Source of the DNA: a virus
IMG/VR virus record: IMGVR_UViG_3300020183_000065
Span: 3,055-67,054 of that record
DNA length: 64,000 nucleotides
Strand: one strand, 5' to 3'
Made by a program: the position numbers and the translations under genes. Shown piece after piece: positions 38,525 through 48,456 of the stretch; the stretch's first letter is position 1; the number at the start of each line of letters is the position of its first letter. The notes below the pieces were generated by a model. It worked only from the letters and a program-made list of their open reading frames with translations. It ran no database searches and was not told the origin of the DNA.

Positions 38525-38752
38525 ATGAGTAATACAAAATTAATTTTAGATAACTACCTTGGAAAAAACACTAGAGTTAGTGAAAAAGATTCCGGTAATG
38601 GGTATAAAGAAGTTTGTGATTTGGATACTGGTGATTGCTACACAATCAGAATGAAAGATGGTCTAATTGAAAGGGTTGATAATACCATGAATAAATTTAA
38701 AAAAATTCAAGTTGAAACCACTACTGGAATTAAACAATTATTAAACGGATAA
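38525..38752 (+). CDS. Hypothetical protein
   Basis: 75 aa with VCDLDTGDC; TATTTAT upstream. Confidence 0.6.
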   Translation: MSNTKLILDNYLGKNTRVSEKDSGNGYKEVCDLDTGDCYTIRMKDGLIERVDNTMNKFKKIQVETTTGIKQLLNG

Positions 38753-38753
38753 A

Positions 38754-39461
38754 ATGAGAATAGACGAAAAAATAATCAAAGAAATCGAAAGATACAATAC
38801 TATTAATAAATATATTGTAGAACAAGTAGAACTGGATCCAGCTGCCGCACCAGTTGACGAACCAACAGATCTACCACCAGTTCCTGGTGAGGGAACCGAT
38901 GTAGGGGTTCCACCACCAACAGGGGATGTTCCACCAGTGGGAGATGTTCCACCAGCAGGAACTACACCACCCACACCACCATCCGGTCCAGAACCAGTTG
39001 ATGTCACTAAAGATCCGGACGTTGAGGAATTAGGTAATGAAGAAAACACTGATGAAGAAGGTGAAACTGAGGAATTAGACATTACTGACTTGGTTGACAC
39101 ACAAAAAACAATGTCGGACAAACAGGAAGAATATTTCGATAATTTATTTAATCAATTAAGTTCATTAGAATCTAAATTAGGTGAAATGGACACATTGGTC
39201 AACAAGATTAATGATTTAGAAAATAAACTGGAAAAATATAGACCTAAAACACCACAAGAAAAATTAGAATTAAGGTCTCTAGATTCCGGACCATTCCAAC
39301 AAAAATTGTCAGACTTCTTTGTTGATAAACAAGAAGAAATGGAAAAGTCAGGTAAAAACGAATATGTCTTAACAACGGATGATGTTTCGGAGTTTTCACC
39401 AAAACAAATTGAAGACACCTTTAATACTTATGATGAGGAGAATCTTAAAAACTTAAGATAA
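38754..39461 (+). CDS. Pro-rich acidic coiled-coil protein, possibly head-internal or scaffold-like
   Basis: Pro-rich disordered region, acidic tract, then a heptad region. Confidence 0.5.
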   Translation: MRIDEKIIKEIERYNTINKYIVEQVELDPAAAPVDEPTDLPPVPGEGTDVGVPPPTGDVPPVGDVPPAGTTPPTPPSGPEPVDVTKDPDVEELGNEENTDEEGETEELDITDLVDTQKTMSDKQEEYFDNLFNQLSSLESKLGEMDTLVNKINDLENKLEKYRPKTPQEKLELRSLDSGPFQQKLSDFFVDKQEEMEKSGKNEYVLTTDDVSEFSPKQIEDTFNTYDEENLKNLR

Positions 39462-39464
39462 TAG

Positions 39465-39492
39465 AATGGGACCAAAAGTCCCATTTTTTTTT
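39465..39492 (+). terminator. Intrinsic terminator
   Basis: AATGGGAC-CAAAA-GTCCCATT followed by a T-run. Confidence 0.8.
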
Positions 39493-39502
39493 GTTCCACT
39501 AC

Positions 39503-39531
39503 TTGACAACCTAATTTATTTATCTTATACT
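39503..39531 (+). promoter_or_regulatory. Sigma70-like promoter for the replication operon
   Basis: TTGACA, 17-nt spacer, TATACT upstream of the SSB gene. Confidence 0.65.
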
Positions 39532-39562
39532 TACAATTGTAAACTTTTAATTTATATATTTT

Positions 39563-40423
39563 ATGGCGACAAATGTCTTAGACGCGGTACTAGCACAGTA
39601 CGAACAATCAAAACAAAGTGGTTCTTCCTCCACTTCAAAAATGTCTCAGGAAGAGAGAATGAAAAAATATTTCGCAGCAATCCTTAAGGATACTGAGAAA
39701 CAAGGTCAACGAAGAGTTAGAATCCTACCAACAAGTGACGGATCATCACCATTTAAAGAGGTTTGGTTTCATGATCTCCAAGTAGATGGTAAGTATCAGA
39801 AATTTTATGACCCAGGAAAAAATGACAATGAACGTTCACCTTTAAATGAGGTTTACGAAACTTTAATGTCAACCGGGAAAGATTCTGACAAAGAACTAGC
39901 TAAACAATACAAAGCACGTAAGTTTTATATTGTTAAAGTAATTGATCGTGATAATGAACAAGACGGAGTTAAGTTTTGGAGATTTAAACACAATTACAAA
40001 CAAGAAGGGATTCTTGATAAAATAATTCCAATCTGGAAAGCTAAGGGTGATATTACAAATCCAGAAAATGGTAGAGACTTGATCCTTGAACTAACCAAAG
40101 CTAAAACACCAAAGGGTGGGGTATACACGGTAATCCAAACAATTATGTATGATGACCCAAGTTCAATTAGTAGTGATTCTGATTTAGCTAACGAATGGGT
40201 TAATGATGAATTAACTTGGGAAGACGTGTACTCTAAAAAACCAGTTGAATATCTTGAGGCTATCTCTAGAGGGGAAACACCAAGATGGGACTCAGACGCT
40301 GGAAAATATGTCTACTCTAATGACGTTGAAGAAACCACAACAATTGGTGGTGGATCAAAATCAATCAATGAAGTAGAAGATCCACAAGTTAATGACGATA
40401 TTGACGAGGAGTTACCATTCTAA
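39563..40423 (+). CDS. Single-stranded DNA-binding protein (T4 gp32-like)
   Basis: VRILP, FYIVKVIDRD...GVKFWRF, DITNPENGRDLIL and an acidic C-terminal tail DDIDEELPF. Confidence 0.8.
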   Translation: MATNVLDAVLAQYEQSKQSGSSSTSKMSQEERMKKYFAAILKDTEKQGQRRVRILPTSDGSSPFKEVWFHDLQVDGKYQKFYDPGKNDNERSPLNEVYETLMSTGKDSDKELAKQYKARKFYIVKVIDRDNEQDGVKFWRFKHNYKQEGILDKIIPIWKAKGDITNPENGRDLILELTKAKTPKGGVYTVIQTIMYDDPSSISSDSDLANEWVNDELTWEDVYSKKPVEYLEAISRGETPRWDSDAGKYVYSNDVEETTTIGGGSKSINEVEDPQVNDDIDEELPF

Positions 40424-40433
40424 TTTTTAATAT

Positions 40434-40469
40434 ACTTGGACATCTACCTAGATTAGGTGTCCAAGTTTT
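40434..40469 (+). terminator. Hairpin/terminator after ssb
   Basis: ACTTGGACATCTA/TAGGTGTCCAAGT stem followed by TTT. Confidence 0.6.
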
Positions 40470-40480
40470 ACTATAAAAAA

Positions 40481-41131
40481 ATGAAAGTATTGTGTTTTAC
40501 CCCAAGTTTTAATCGGTATAAAATGTTAAGAGGATGTGTACAGGATATAAATAGTCAAACATATCAAGATATATTCCACTCAGTAAATATTACAATGGAA
40601 AGATCCACGCATCAAAAAAATTACATCCAAAAAATATTTGACGATGTTAAAACCAATAAAAATAGTTTCACTTACACATTAAATCAACACCAACATACAA
40701 ATCACATTAATACAATTTTAGCTGTGGAGAATTATGAAGAGTATGACATTTTTGTTAAAATAGACGATGATGACATATATAAAAAAGATTACATAATGAA
40801 CATAGTTAATTTCTTTAAAGAAAACGATGTAGATGTCCTATCCTCAACAATAAGGTATCAGTTAAATGGAAACGTTGTAAGATTGGTTAACACTCATAAT
40901 TTAGGAGCTAATCCAGAAAATTGTGATTTTAAAATACCAGCTACATTTGCTTTTAACTTAAAAAGTTTTAATTTAATAAAAACCCTATCAAAAATTTACG
41001 GATTTGAGGATAACATGTGGAGAGACGTTTGGTGTGAAAATAAATGTAAAATATGTGAAATAGATAACACCGAAAATATAATTTGGAATATACACGGAAA
41101 AAATACATCAACATCTAATTTTTTAATTTAA
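40481..41131 (+). CDS. GT2/GT-A glycosyltransferase
   Basis: FTPSFNR, SQTY, KIDDDDIY, GFED and HGKN motifs; ATG at 40481. Confidence 0.75.
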   Translation: MKVLCFTPSFNRYKMLRGCVQDINSQTYQDIFHSVNITMERSTHQKNYIQKIFDDVKTNKNSFTYTLNQHQHTNHINTILAVENYEEYDIFVKIDDDDIYKKDYIMNIVNFFKENDVDVLSSTIRYQLNGNVVRLVNTHNLGANPENCDFKIPATFAFNLKSFNLIKTLSKIYGFEDNMWRDVWCENKCKICEIDNTENIIWNIHGKNTSTSNFLI

Positions 41132-41147
41132 AAAAAAAAATAAATAT

Positions 41148-42152
41148 ATGGCAATAAAGAAAAACGATTTTAGTAATATTAAGAAAAAATTTTCAACATC
41201 GGCTAAATACAAACCACAAAGATTCTTTGATCTTGGGGAAGCTTTTTTAGACGCGGTTGGGTTACCAGGTCCAGCTATTGGACATATTAATATGTTTCTA
41301 GGTCACAGTGATACAGGAAAGACAACTGCTTTAGTTAAAACAGCAGTTGACGCTCAGAAAAAAGGAATCCTACCAGTGTTCATTATTACTGAACAAAAAT
41401 GGAGTTTTGAACACGCTAAACTAATGGGTTTTGAATGTGATGAAGTTGTTGATACCGATACCGGTGAGTTAGAGTGGGATGGATTTTACATATTCAATAA
41501 CAACTTCGATTACATTGAACAAATTACAGATTATATCAATGATTTGTTAGATTCACAAGAAAAGGGTGAACTAGATTACTCATTATGTATCATGTGGGAT
41601 TCTGTTGGGTCTGTTCCGTGTAAAATGACATATGAAGGTAAAGGTGGTAAACAACATAACGCTTCAGTTTTAGCTGATAAAATTGGTATGGGAATTAACC
41701 AACGTATATCTGGGTCACGTAAATCCGACTCAAAATATGAAAACACATTAATAATTGTTAATCAACCATGGGTTGAATTACCAGATAATCCTTTTGGACA
41801 ACCAAAAATTAAAGCTAAAGGTGGTGAAGCAATTTGGTTAAACTCATCACTAGTCTTCTTGTATGGTAATCAGAAAGGAGCTGGAACAACAAAGATAACC
41901 GCCACTAAAGACAAAAGAACCGTTAAGTTTGCTTCTAGAACAAAAATTTCAGTTATGAAAAACCATATAAACGGTTTAGGTTATGAAGACGGTAAAATTA
42001 TAGTAACACCACACGGATTTTTACCCGGTAAAGATACTACTGAGGAAAAATCCTCGATAGAACAGTACAAAAAAGAATTCGCTGATTACTGGAAAGAGGT
42101 AATCGGTGTTGAAGGAGATTTTGATTTGAGAACCGAAAAAGAAGAAGCTTAG
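41148..42152 (+). CDS. recA: RecA/UvsX-like recombinase
   Basis: Walker A GHSDTGKT, Walker B WDSVG, IIVNQ, KGGEA, KNH. Confidence 0.9.
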   Translation: MAIKKNDFSNIKKKFSTSAKYKPQRFFDLGEAFLDAVGLPGPAIGHINMFLGHSDTGKTTALVKTAVDAQKKGILPVFIITEQKWSFEHAKLMGFECDEVVDTDTGELEWDGFYIFNNNFDYIEQITDYINDLLDSQEKGELDYSLCIMWDSVGSVPCKMTYEGKGGKQHNASVLADKIGMGINQRISGSRKSDSKYENTLIIVNQPWVELPDNPFGQPKIKAKGGEAIWLNSSLVFLYGNQKGAGTTKITATKDKRTVKFASRTKISVMKNHINGLGYEDGKIIVTPHGFLPGKDTTEEKSSIEQYKKEFADYWKEVIGVEGDFDLRTEKEEA

Positions 42153-42154
42153 TA

Positions 42155-43288
42155 ATGGAAATAAAATTAACCCACGAAGAAGTTATGGGTATGGTAGAAA
42201 CCTTAAATGGTTTTTATAATAAAGTACCAACAATACAGGATTATTTTCTTGAAAGAAAGAAAGAAAAAATTGTAAATATCGATGTTGAACATTGGAGTAA
42301 ACGATTATTTAATGACCACACACTCGAACCAAAAGACATGGATATTGTTGTTGAAGTTGTTGACCAAAATACATTAAATAATTTAGCTCAAATAACCATT
42401 AGTTTGCCCCTGGAGTCACAGATAGGTAGGCAAGTTACATTAGGTGTAAAGGAAGGTAAGTCAGGTAAATATTTAGGTTTTATTAAAATAGCTTCACCCG
42501 TTTTATCTATCAAACCAAGAAACGATTTTTTTGGTGAACCATTACGAGCAACACACGTAAACAGACATATGGTAAACGGAGCTATAATTGTGCCAACCCA
42601 ACCATTTGGATTTAATTGTTTAGGGGGTAAATTACTAGCTTTAATATGTAGTTCACATTTAGTTTTAGATCTATTTAACACAAAGTATGGTGATAAAATG
42701 GATTTATGTTTTCTCGAAACAACATCATTGTATGGGAATATAAAAAGTTCATCACAGTACGACGGACTAGAACCGTATATCCGGTACAACGGTATGACAG
42801 AGTCCGATCTGTTTTTATTCCCAAGTGATGAAATTTATATGGAACTTAGGAATTATTTAAGACCAATATACGGTAAGGAGGAATGGAACGGAATGTTAGT
42901 TGATCCGGTACCGTCAGCACCAAAAATGAGAGAGTATTCCAAAATCATACAAATAATAAAAACCCATTTAAAAGAGTTAGATCCTGAAGAATATACTAAA
43001 TTTAATGAGTTTGTTAAATGTTGTATGAAAACAAAAACAAAAAAGAGGTATTACTATACAAATTTTGGGTATTCAAACATAAAAGAACACATACTATCAA
43101 ACGGTGAAATTAAGTTAGAGAAAAAGGAAAATTTTGAAAAACACAAATTGGAGAACTTAATTGAAGTATGGAGAAAGAAAGCTCAAAAAAGATGGGAAAA
43201 ATTAAATTCAGAAATGAGACTTAAGGAAAACCTGGAAGTATATTCATTAGAAAAAATCCAAAATATGGATTATGAAATTATTAGATAG
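42155..43288 (+). CDS. DUF4338/DruA-like protein
   Basis: YLGFIKIASPVLSIKPRN, VPTQPFGFNCLGGKLLALIC, LETTSLYG...SSQYDGL. Confidence 0.6.
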   Translation: MEIKLTHEEVMGMVETLNGFYNKVPTIQDYFLERKKEKIVNIDVEHWSKRLFNDHTLEPKDMDIVVEVVDQNTLNNLAQITISLPLESQIGRQVTLGVKEGKSGKYLGFIKIASPVLSIKPRNDFFGEPLRATHVNRHMVNGAIIVPTQPFGFNCLGGKLLALICSSHLVLDLFNTKYGDKMDLCFLETTSLYGNIKSSSQYDGLEPYIRYNGMTESDLFLFPSDEIYMELRNYLRPIYGKEEWNGMLVDPVPSAPKMREYSKIIQIIKTHLKELDPEEYTKFNEFVKCCMKTKTKKRYYYTNFGYSNIKEHILSNGEIKLEKKENFEKHKLENLIEVWRKKAQKRWEKLNSEMRLKENLEVYSLEKIQNMDYEIIR

Positions 43289-43314
43289 ATGTCAAACCAT
43301 ATAATTAAACATGA

Positions 43315-44325
43315 ATGTCAAAAACTTTATTAGTAGATGGTAACAACCTATTAAAAATAGGTTTCCACGGTGTAAAAGATTTCTTTAACAAAGGACAACA
43401 CGTAGGTGGTATATGGCACTTTTTAAATACATTGAGAAAATTTCTAGAAGAGGAAAACTATACTAAAGTTGTTGTTTTTTGGGATAGTGAAACTAGTAAA
43501 TCACAAAGAAGAATACTTTACCCAAAGTATAAGTTAAATCGAAAAATATCAAACGAAGTTGATTTTAAAGAAGTATCCTTTGGACAACAAAAACAAAGGG
43601 TAAAACAATACCTTGAGGAAATGTTTGTTAGACAGATTGAAGTTGGTCATTGTGAAGCTGATGATCTAATCGCTTATTATTGTCAAATATCTGTGGATGA
43701 AGACAAAACAATTTTTTCTGGTGACAGGGACCTAACTCAATTAATTTCGGATAAAGTTAGAATTTATTCACCAAACACAAAACAATTTTATAAGTTAGGT
43801 GATAAGATAAAAATGTATGATATTGAAATACCACACTACAACATTAAAACTTATAAAATTTTAGCTGGTGATACATCAGATAATATTGATGGTATATTTT
43901 ACCTGGGTGAGAAAACTTTTGTAAAATTATTTCCCGAGATACTTGAAAATGAAATTTCTCTTACCGATATTTTAAACAAAGGTGAAGAACTGATAAAAGA
44001 ACAAAAAGATAGTGTTATTTTACAGAACTTACTGAGTGGAAAAACAAGAGAAGGGATATTTGGTGATGAGTTCTTTGTGGTAAATAAAAAATTGGTAGAT
44101 CTGTCCGAACCACTTATAAGTGATGAGGGTAAAGAATTGGTTGAATCTTACTATAAAGAGTCGTTGGACCCGGACGGACGTGGTCATAGAAATTTAATTA
44201 AAATGATGATGGAAGACGGATTCTTTAAGTACCTACCAAAAGGTGATGACGCTTGGATAAGATTTTTAAAACCATTTTTAAAACTATCTAGAAAAGAAAA
44301 AAATAAATATAGAAATAAAATATAA
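43315..44325 (+). CDS. 5'-3' exonuclease/flap endonuclease (PolI N-terminal/T4 RNase H-like)
   Basis: LLVDGNN, YPKYKLNR, EADDLIA, SGDRDLTQL, GDTSDNIDGI..LGEKT. Confidence 0.92.
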   Translation: MSKTLLVDGNNLLKIGFHGVKDFFNKGQHVGGIWHFLNTLRKFLEEENYTKVVVFWDSETSKSQRRILYPKYKLNRKISNEVDFKEVSFGQQKQRVKQYLEEMFVRQIEVGHCEADDLIAYYCQISVDEDKTIFSGDRDLTQLISDKVRIYSPNTKQFYKLGDKIKMYDIEIPHYNIKTYKILAGDTSDNIDGIFYLGEKTFVKLFPEILENEISLTDILNKGEELIKEQKDSVILQNLLSGKTREGIFGDEFFVVNKKLVDLSEPLISDEGKELVESYYKESLDPDGRGHRNLIKMMMEDGFFKYLPKGDDAWIRFLKPFLKLSRKEKNKYRNKI

Positions 44326-44340
44326 AAACAAATAAGTAAT

Positions 44341-44790
44341 ATGAAAAATCAAGACGTAACAAAAGTAGAGTTTTTATTAATGTGTAATGATAATATAGTT
44401 GTACAAAGATACTTTAATGTGAAAGGATTTAATAAAAACGCACATAAATCTGTTGAATTTTATGAATACATTGACAACCTATGTAATCGATTACAATATG
44501 ACCTGAAAATGAGAAGTGTTGTTTATATGTTGGACAATCAGTTTGAAATATCTGAGAATCCAGAAATACTAAACACATCAATAACAGATGGTGATGAGAA
44601 TTTTAATATTTATATTAAAATGGATGATATGACAATTTGTCAGAGAACATTCGACGCTAAAGTATACCCACCAAAGGTCAGATATACCGTAGACTTACGA
44701 CCAAAGTTAAAATCAATATTAGGTGACCTAACTGACATTTTTTCAGGTAAGAAATTTAATTATTTTTATCCGCAATTTATTAAGAATTAA
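44341..44790 (+). CDS. Hypothetical protein in the replication operon
   Basis: 149 aa ORF tightly packed between exonuclease and helicase. Confidence 0.65.
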   Translation: MKNQDVTKVEFLLMCNDNIVVQRYFNVKGFNKNAHKSVEFYEYIDNLCNRLQYDLKMRSVVYMLDNQFEISENPEILNTSITDGDENFNIYIKMDDMTICQRTFDAKVYPPKVRYTVDLRPKLKSILGDLTDIFSGKKFNYFYPQFIKN

Positions 44791-44824
44791 TACTATTTAT
44801 CAATACTAAAGTAATAAAAAAAAT

Positions 44825-46219
44825 ATGGCGACAAATAAAAATTTTGAATATCTAGGAAACACTTTTCAACTACAACTTCTTAATCAAATAATTTTAGACA
44901 AAGACTTTTCTGTGTCGATAATAGATGTACTTAACACTAATTATTTTGAAAATCAATATTTTAAAATAATTATTCAGATGATCAGGGAGTACTATACAAA
45001 GTACGATCATACACCATCCTTCGAGACATTAGAACAAATAACAAAGTCTGAGTTACAAAATCAAATGGCTTCTAAAATAGTCTTAGACACAATATCTAAG
45101 ATCAAAGAAGCTCCATTGGACGGATCCAATTTTGTTCAAGAAAAAGCACTTAAATTCTGTAAACAACAAGAGTTACAGAAAGTCATGAAAAAAGCCCAGA
45201 AAATTATCGATGGTGGGGAATTTGAAAACTACGATACATTGGAAGAAATGGTAAAAGAGGCTTTAATGGTTGGTTCAAAAGACACATCAATGTTAGATGT
45301 CTTTTCAAACATAGACCAAGTTCTTGAGGAAGATTACAGACACCCAATCCCAATGGGTATACCAGGTATTGATAGATTGTTAAAAGGTGGATTAGCTAAA
45401 GGTGAGATTGGTGTTATATTAGCACCAACCGGAGTAGGTAAATCCACAATATTGACAAAAATATCCAACCACGCTTTTAATTTAGGAAACAACGTACTTC
45501 AAATATTTTTTGAAGACAACCCGAAAGTAATCCAACGAAAACACTTCACACTTTGGACAAAAGTACACCCTGATGAATTATCCGAACGTAAAGATGAGGT
45601 AATTAGTAAGGTTAAAAAAATTGAAGAAACAATGGATAATAGATTGGAGTTGAAAAAACTACCATCAGACACTAAAACCATGTTACAGATAAAGAATGAA
45701 ATTAGAAAATTAATATCTGATGGTATGAGAGTGGATATGGTTGTTTTAGACTACATAGACTGTGTTGTTCCAGATAAAAATTTAGGGGATGAATGGAAAA
45801 GTGAAGGTTCCGTTATGAGAGCTTTCGAAGCTATGTGTCACGAACTTAACATTGTGGGATGGACAGCAACACAAGGAAACAGATCTTCCATATCTTCTGA
45901 AGTGGTAACTACGGATCAAATGGGTGGGTCAATTAAAAAAGCACAGGTTGGTCACGTAATAATTTCAGTAGCTAAAACATTACAACAAAAAGAGATGAAA
46001 TTAGCTACCATAGCTATCACAAAATCTAGAATTGGTGATGATGGTGTTGTTTTCGAAAACTGTAAATTTGACAATGCTATGATTGAGATTGACACCGAAA
46101 GTTCAATGACATTTTTAGGGTTAGAAGAACAGAAAGAAGAAAGACAACGTTTACGTGTTAAAGAGTTGATGGAGAAAAGAAAACAAAAAGATAACGCCAA
46201 TAATAATACAATAAATTAG
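44825..46219 (+). CDS. dnaB: Replicative DnaB-like helicase (gp41-like)
   Basis: APTGVGKS, VVLDYID, WTATQGNR, KSR. Confidence 0.92.
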   Translation: MATNKNFEYLGNTFQLQLLNQIILDKDFSVSIIDVLNTNYFENQYFKIIIQMIREYYTKYDHTPSFETLEQITKSELQNQMASKIVLDTISKIKEAPLDGSNFVQEKALKFCKQQELQKVMKKAQKIIDGGEFENYDTLEEMVKEALMVGSKDTSMLDVFSNIDQVLEEDYRHPIPMGIPGIDRLLKGGLAKGEIGVILAPTGVGKSTILTKISNHAFNLGNNVLQIFFEDNPKVIQRKHFTLWTKVHPDELSERKDEVISKVKKIEETMDNRLELKKLPSDTKTMLQIKNEIRKLISDGMRVDMVVLDYIDCVVPDKNLGDEWKSEGSVMRAFEAMCHELNIVGWTATQGNRSSISSEVVTTDQMGGSIKKAQVGHVIISVAKTLQQKEMKLATIAITKSRIGDDGVVFENCKFDNAMIEIDTESSMTFLGLEEQKEERQRLRVKELMEKRKQKDNANNNTIN

Positions 46220-46236
46220 ATAAAAATTTAAAAATC

Positions 46237-48096
46237 ATGGATGTATCACAACGAATATTAAGTGACATTACTGTTTATATGAAGTACGCTAAATTCTTAC
46301 CAGAAAAAAATAGAAGAGAAACCTGGGAAGAATTAGTAACTCGAAATAAAGAAATGCACCAAAAAAAATACCCAAAAATCAAAGATGAGATTGAAGAGGT
46401 ATATAAAATGGTGTATGATAAAAAAATACTACCCTCAATGAGGTCATTACAGTTTGGGGGTAAACCAATTGAAATATCCCCCAATAGGGTTTACAATTGC
46501 GCTTATTTACCAATTGACCATACGGACGCTTTTTCAGAGACTATGTTTCTTTTATTAGGTGGTACTGGTGTTGGATTTTCAGTACAAAAACATCACGTAG
46601 ATAAGTTACCTGAGATTAAAAAACCTAACCCTAGTAGGACTAGACGATATTTGATTGGTGATTCAATTGAAGGGTGGGCGGACGCTATTAAGGTTTTGAT
46701 TGAATCATATTTAGGATCAAAGTCATCAACACCAATTTTTGATTTTTCCGATATAAGACAAAAGGGGTCTTTGTTGGTTACATCAGGCGGTAAAGCACCA
46801 GGACCACAACCATTAAAGGATTGTATTCATAATATTACCAAAGTTTTGGAAAATAAAAATGACGGTGATAAACTGACCACAATAGAAACACACGACATCG
46901 TTTGTCATATCGCTGATGCGGTACTAGCTGGTGGTATCAGAAGAGCTGCTCTTATCTCATTATTTTCAGCTGATGACGATGAAATGATTTCTTGTAAATC
47001 AGGAAACTGGTGGGAATCAAATCCCCAGAGAGGTAGAGCTAATAATTCAGCTGTATTACTTAGACATAAGGTTACCCAAGAATATTTTATGGATCTTTGG
47101 AAACGAATTGAGTTATCCGGAGCTGGTGAACCCGGAATTTATTTATCAAATGATAAAGATTGGGGGACTAATCCATGTTGTGAAATAGCACTTAGACCAT
47201 ATCAATTTTGTAATTTATGTGAGGTAAACGCTTCTGATATTGAATCACAAGAAGACTTTGAAAAAAGAGTTAAAGGAGCTGCTTTCATTGGAACCTTACA
47301 AGCTGGATATACCGACTTTCACTATTTAAGAGACGCTTGGAAACGAACAACTGAAAAAGACGCACTGATCGGTGTTGGTATGACTGGTATTGGTTCCGGT
47401 GTTGTTTTGGGTTATGATATGAAATTAGCAGCTGAATCTGTTAAACAAGAAAACGAAAGAGTAGCTAATTTAATTGGTATTAACAAATCAGCTAGAACAA
47501 CAACCGTTAAACCATCTGGAACCTCATCATTGGTTTTAGGTACATCTTCAGGTATTCACGCTTGGCACAATGACTTTTATTTGAGAAGAATTCGAGTTGG
47601 TAAAAACGAGTCAATATACCAACATTTGGTAACAAATCATCCCGAGTTGGTTGAAGATGAATATTTTAGACCACACGACACCGCGGTGATTACAATACCA
47701 CAGAAAGCACCTGAAGGGTCAATTTTAAGACACGAATCAGTATTTCAAATGTTGGAGAGAGTCAAAAAGGTGTCACAAGAATGGATAAGAAATGGACACA
47801 GAACAGGACAAAATACACATAACGTATCAGCTACTGTATCAATAAAGGACGATGAGTGGGATTTAGTTGGTGATTGGATGTGGAAAAATAGAAAGTTCTA
47901 TAATGGGTTGTCAGTTTTACCATATAACGGTGGAACATACACACAAGCACCGTTTGAAGATTGTACTGAGGAAGAATTTAATAGATTGGTTATAACATTG
48001 AAAGATGTTGATCTAACAAAAGTGATCGAACTACAAGATAACACCGACCTTAGAGGTGAAGCCGCTTGTGCTGGTGGAGCTTGTGAAATCGTTTAA
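46237..48096 (+). CDS. nrdJ: Class II (adenosylcobalamin-dependent) ribonucleotide reductase
   Basis: PSMRSL, NCA, GGTGVGFS, GGIRRAA, GEPG, TNPCCEI, TTVKPSGT and C-terminal ACAGGACEI; no beta subunit nearby. Confidence 0.92.
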   Translation: MDVSQRILSDITVYMKYAKFLPEKNRRETWEELVTRNKEMHQKKYPKIKDEIEEVYKMVYDKKILPSMRSLQFGGKPIEISPNRVYNCAYLPIDHTDAFSETMFLLLGGTGVGFSVQKHHVDKLPEIKKPNPSRTRRYLIGDSIEGWADAIKVLIESYLGSKSSTPIFDFSDIRQKGSLLVTSGGKAPGPQPLKDCIHNITKVLENKNDGDKLTTIETHDIVCHIADAVLAGGIRRAALISLFSADDDEMISCKSGNWWESNPQRGRANNSAVLLRHKVTQEYFMDLWKRIELSGAGEPGIYLSNDKDWGTNPCCEIALRPYQFCNLCEVNASDIESQEDFEKRVKGAAFIGTLQAGYTDFHYLRDAWKRTTEKDALIGVGMTGIGSGVVLGYDMKLAAESVKQENERVANLIGINKSARTTTVKPSGTSSLVLGTSSGIHAWHNDFYLRRIRVGKNESIYQHLVTNHPELVEDEYFRPHDTAVITIPQKAPEGSILRHESVFQMLERVKKVSQEWIRNGHRTGQNTHNVSATVSIKDDEWDLVGDWMWKNRKFYNGLSVLPYNGGTYTQAPFEDCTEEEFNRLVITLKDVDLTKVIELQDNTDLRGEAACAGGACEIV

Positions 48097-48098
48097 AC

Positions 48099-48179
48099 AT
48101 GAAAGTCACATGGGGTAATAACGTTACTTTAACTTACCAAGTTTTATTAGCGTATTATAATCTAAGAAAAAATAATTAA
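48099..48179 (+). CDS. Putative 26-aa microprotein MKVTWGNNVTLTYQVLLAYYNLRKNN
   Basis: Fills the nrdJ-DUF5522 gap with 2-nt and 1-nt spacers. Confidence 0.45.
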   Translation: MKVTWGNNVTLTYQVLLAYYNLRKNN

Positions 48180-48180
48180 G

Positions 48181-48411
48181 ATGACAGTTAACCCATCAAA
48201 CGATTGGATACAACAGTTATATGTTCGGGAGATCACTAAAAAGACTCCCGAACCTGACTTTTATAAGGATAAGTTTGGTAACATCGTCATGACAGAATCA
48301 TTTCACATAAAACGAGGAAAGTGCTGTGGATCTGGTTGTAAACATTGTCCGTACGAACCATTGTACCAAAAAGGAAGTACTAACTTAAAGGAATCACTGA
48401 GAAATCAGTGA
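48181..48411 (+). CDS. DUF5522-like Cys-rich small protein
   Basis: VMTESFHIKRGKCCGSGCKHCPY. Confidence 0.75.
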   Translation: MTVNPSNDWIQQLYVREITKKTPEPDFYKDKFGNIVMTESFHIKRGKCCGSGCKHCPYEPLYQKGSTNLKESLRNQ

Positions 48412-48419
48412 TTTTTTTT
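48392..48419 (+). terminator. Intrinsic terminator ending the replication operon
   Basis: AATCACTGA-GAAA-TCAGTGATT followed by a T-run. Confidence 0.85.
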
Positions 48420-48456
48420 ATTTATATAAAATATCTGAATACTATATTTATTAGAT

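Noticed and set aside
39466-39687. 73-aa ORF upstream of ssb
   Set aside because: It runs across a terminator and a promoter and overlaps ssb out of frame.
42155-43288. Complete Druantia defence system
   Set aside because: Only a DruA-like gene is present; no DruE-type helicase with DUF1998 in the window.
9449-48096. Inteins or introns in polB, SNF2, recA, helicase or nrdJ
   Set aside because: Catalytic motifs are contiguous at normal spacing; no intein termini or homing endonuclease motifs seen.
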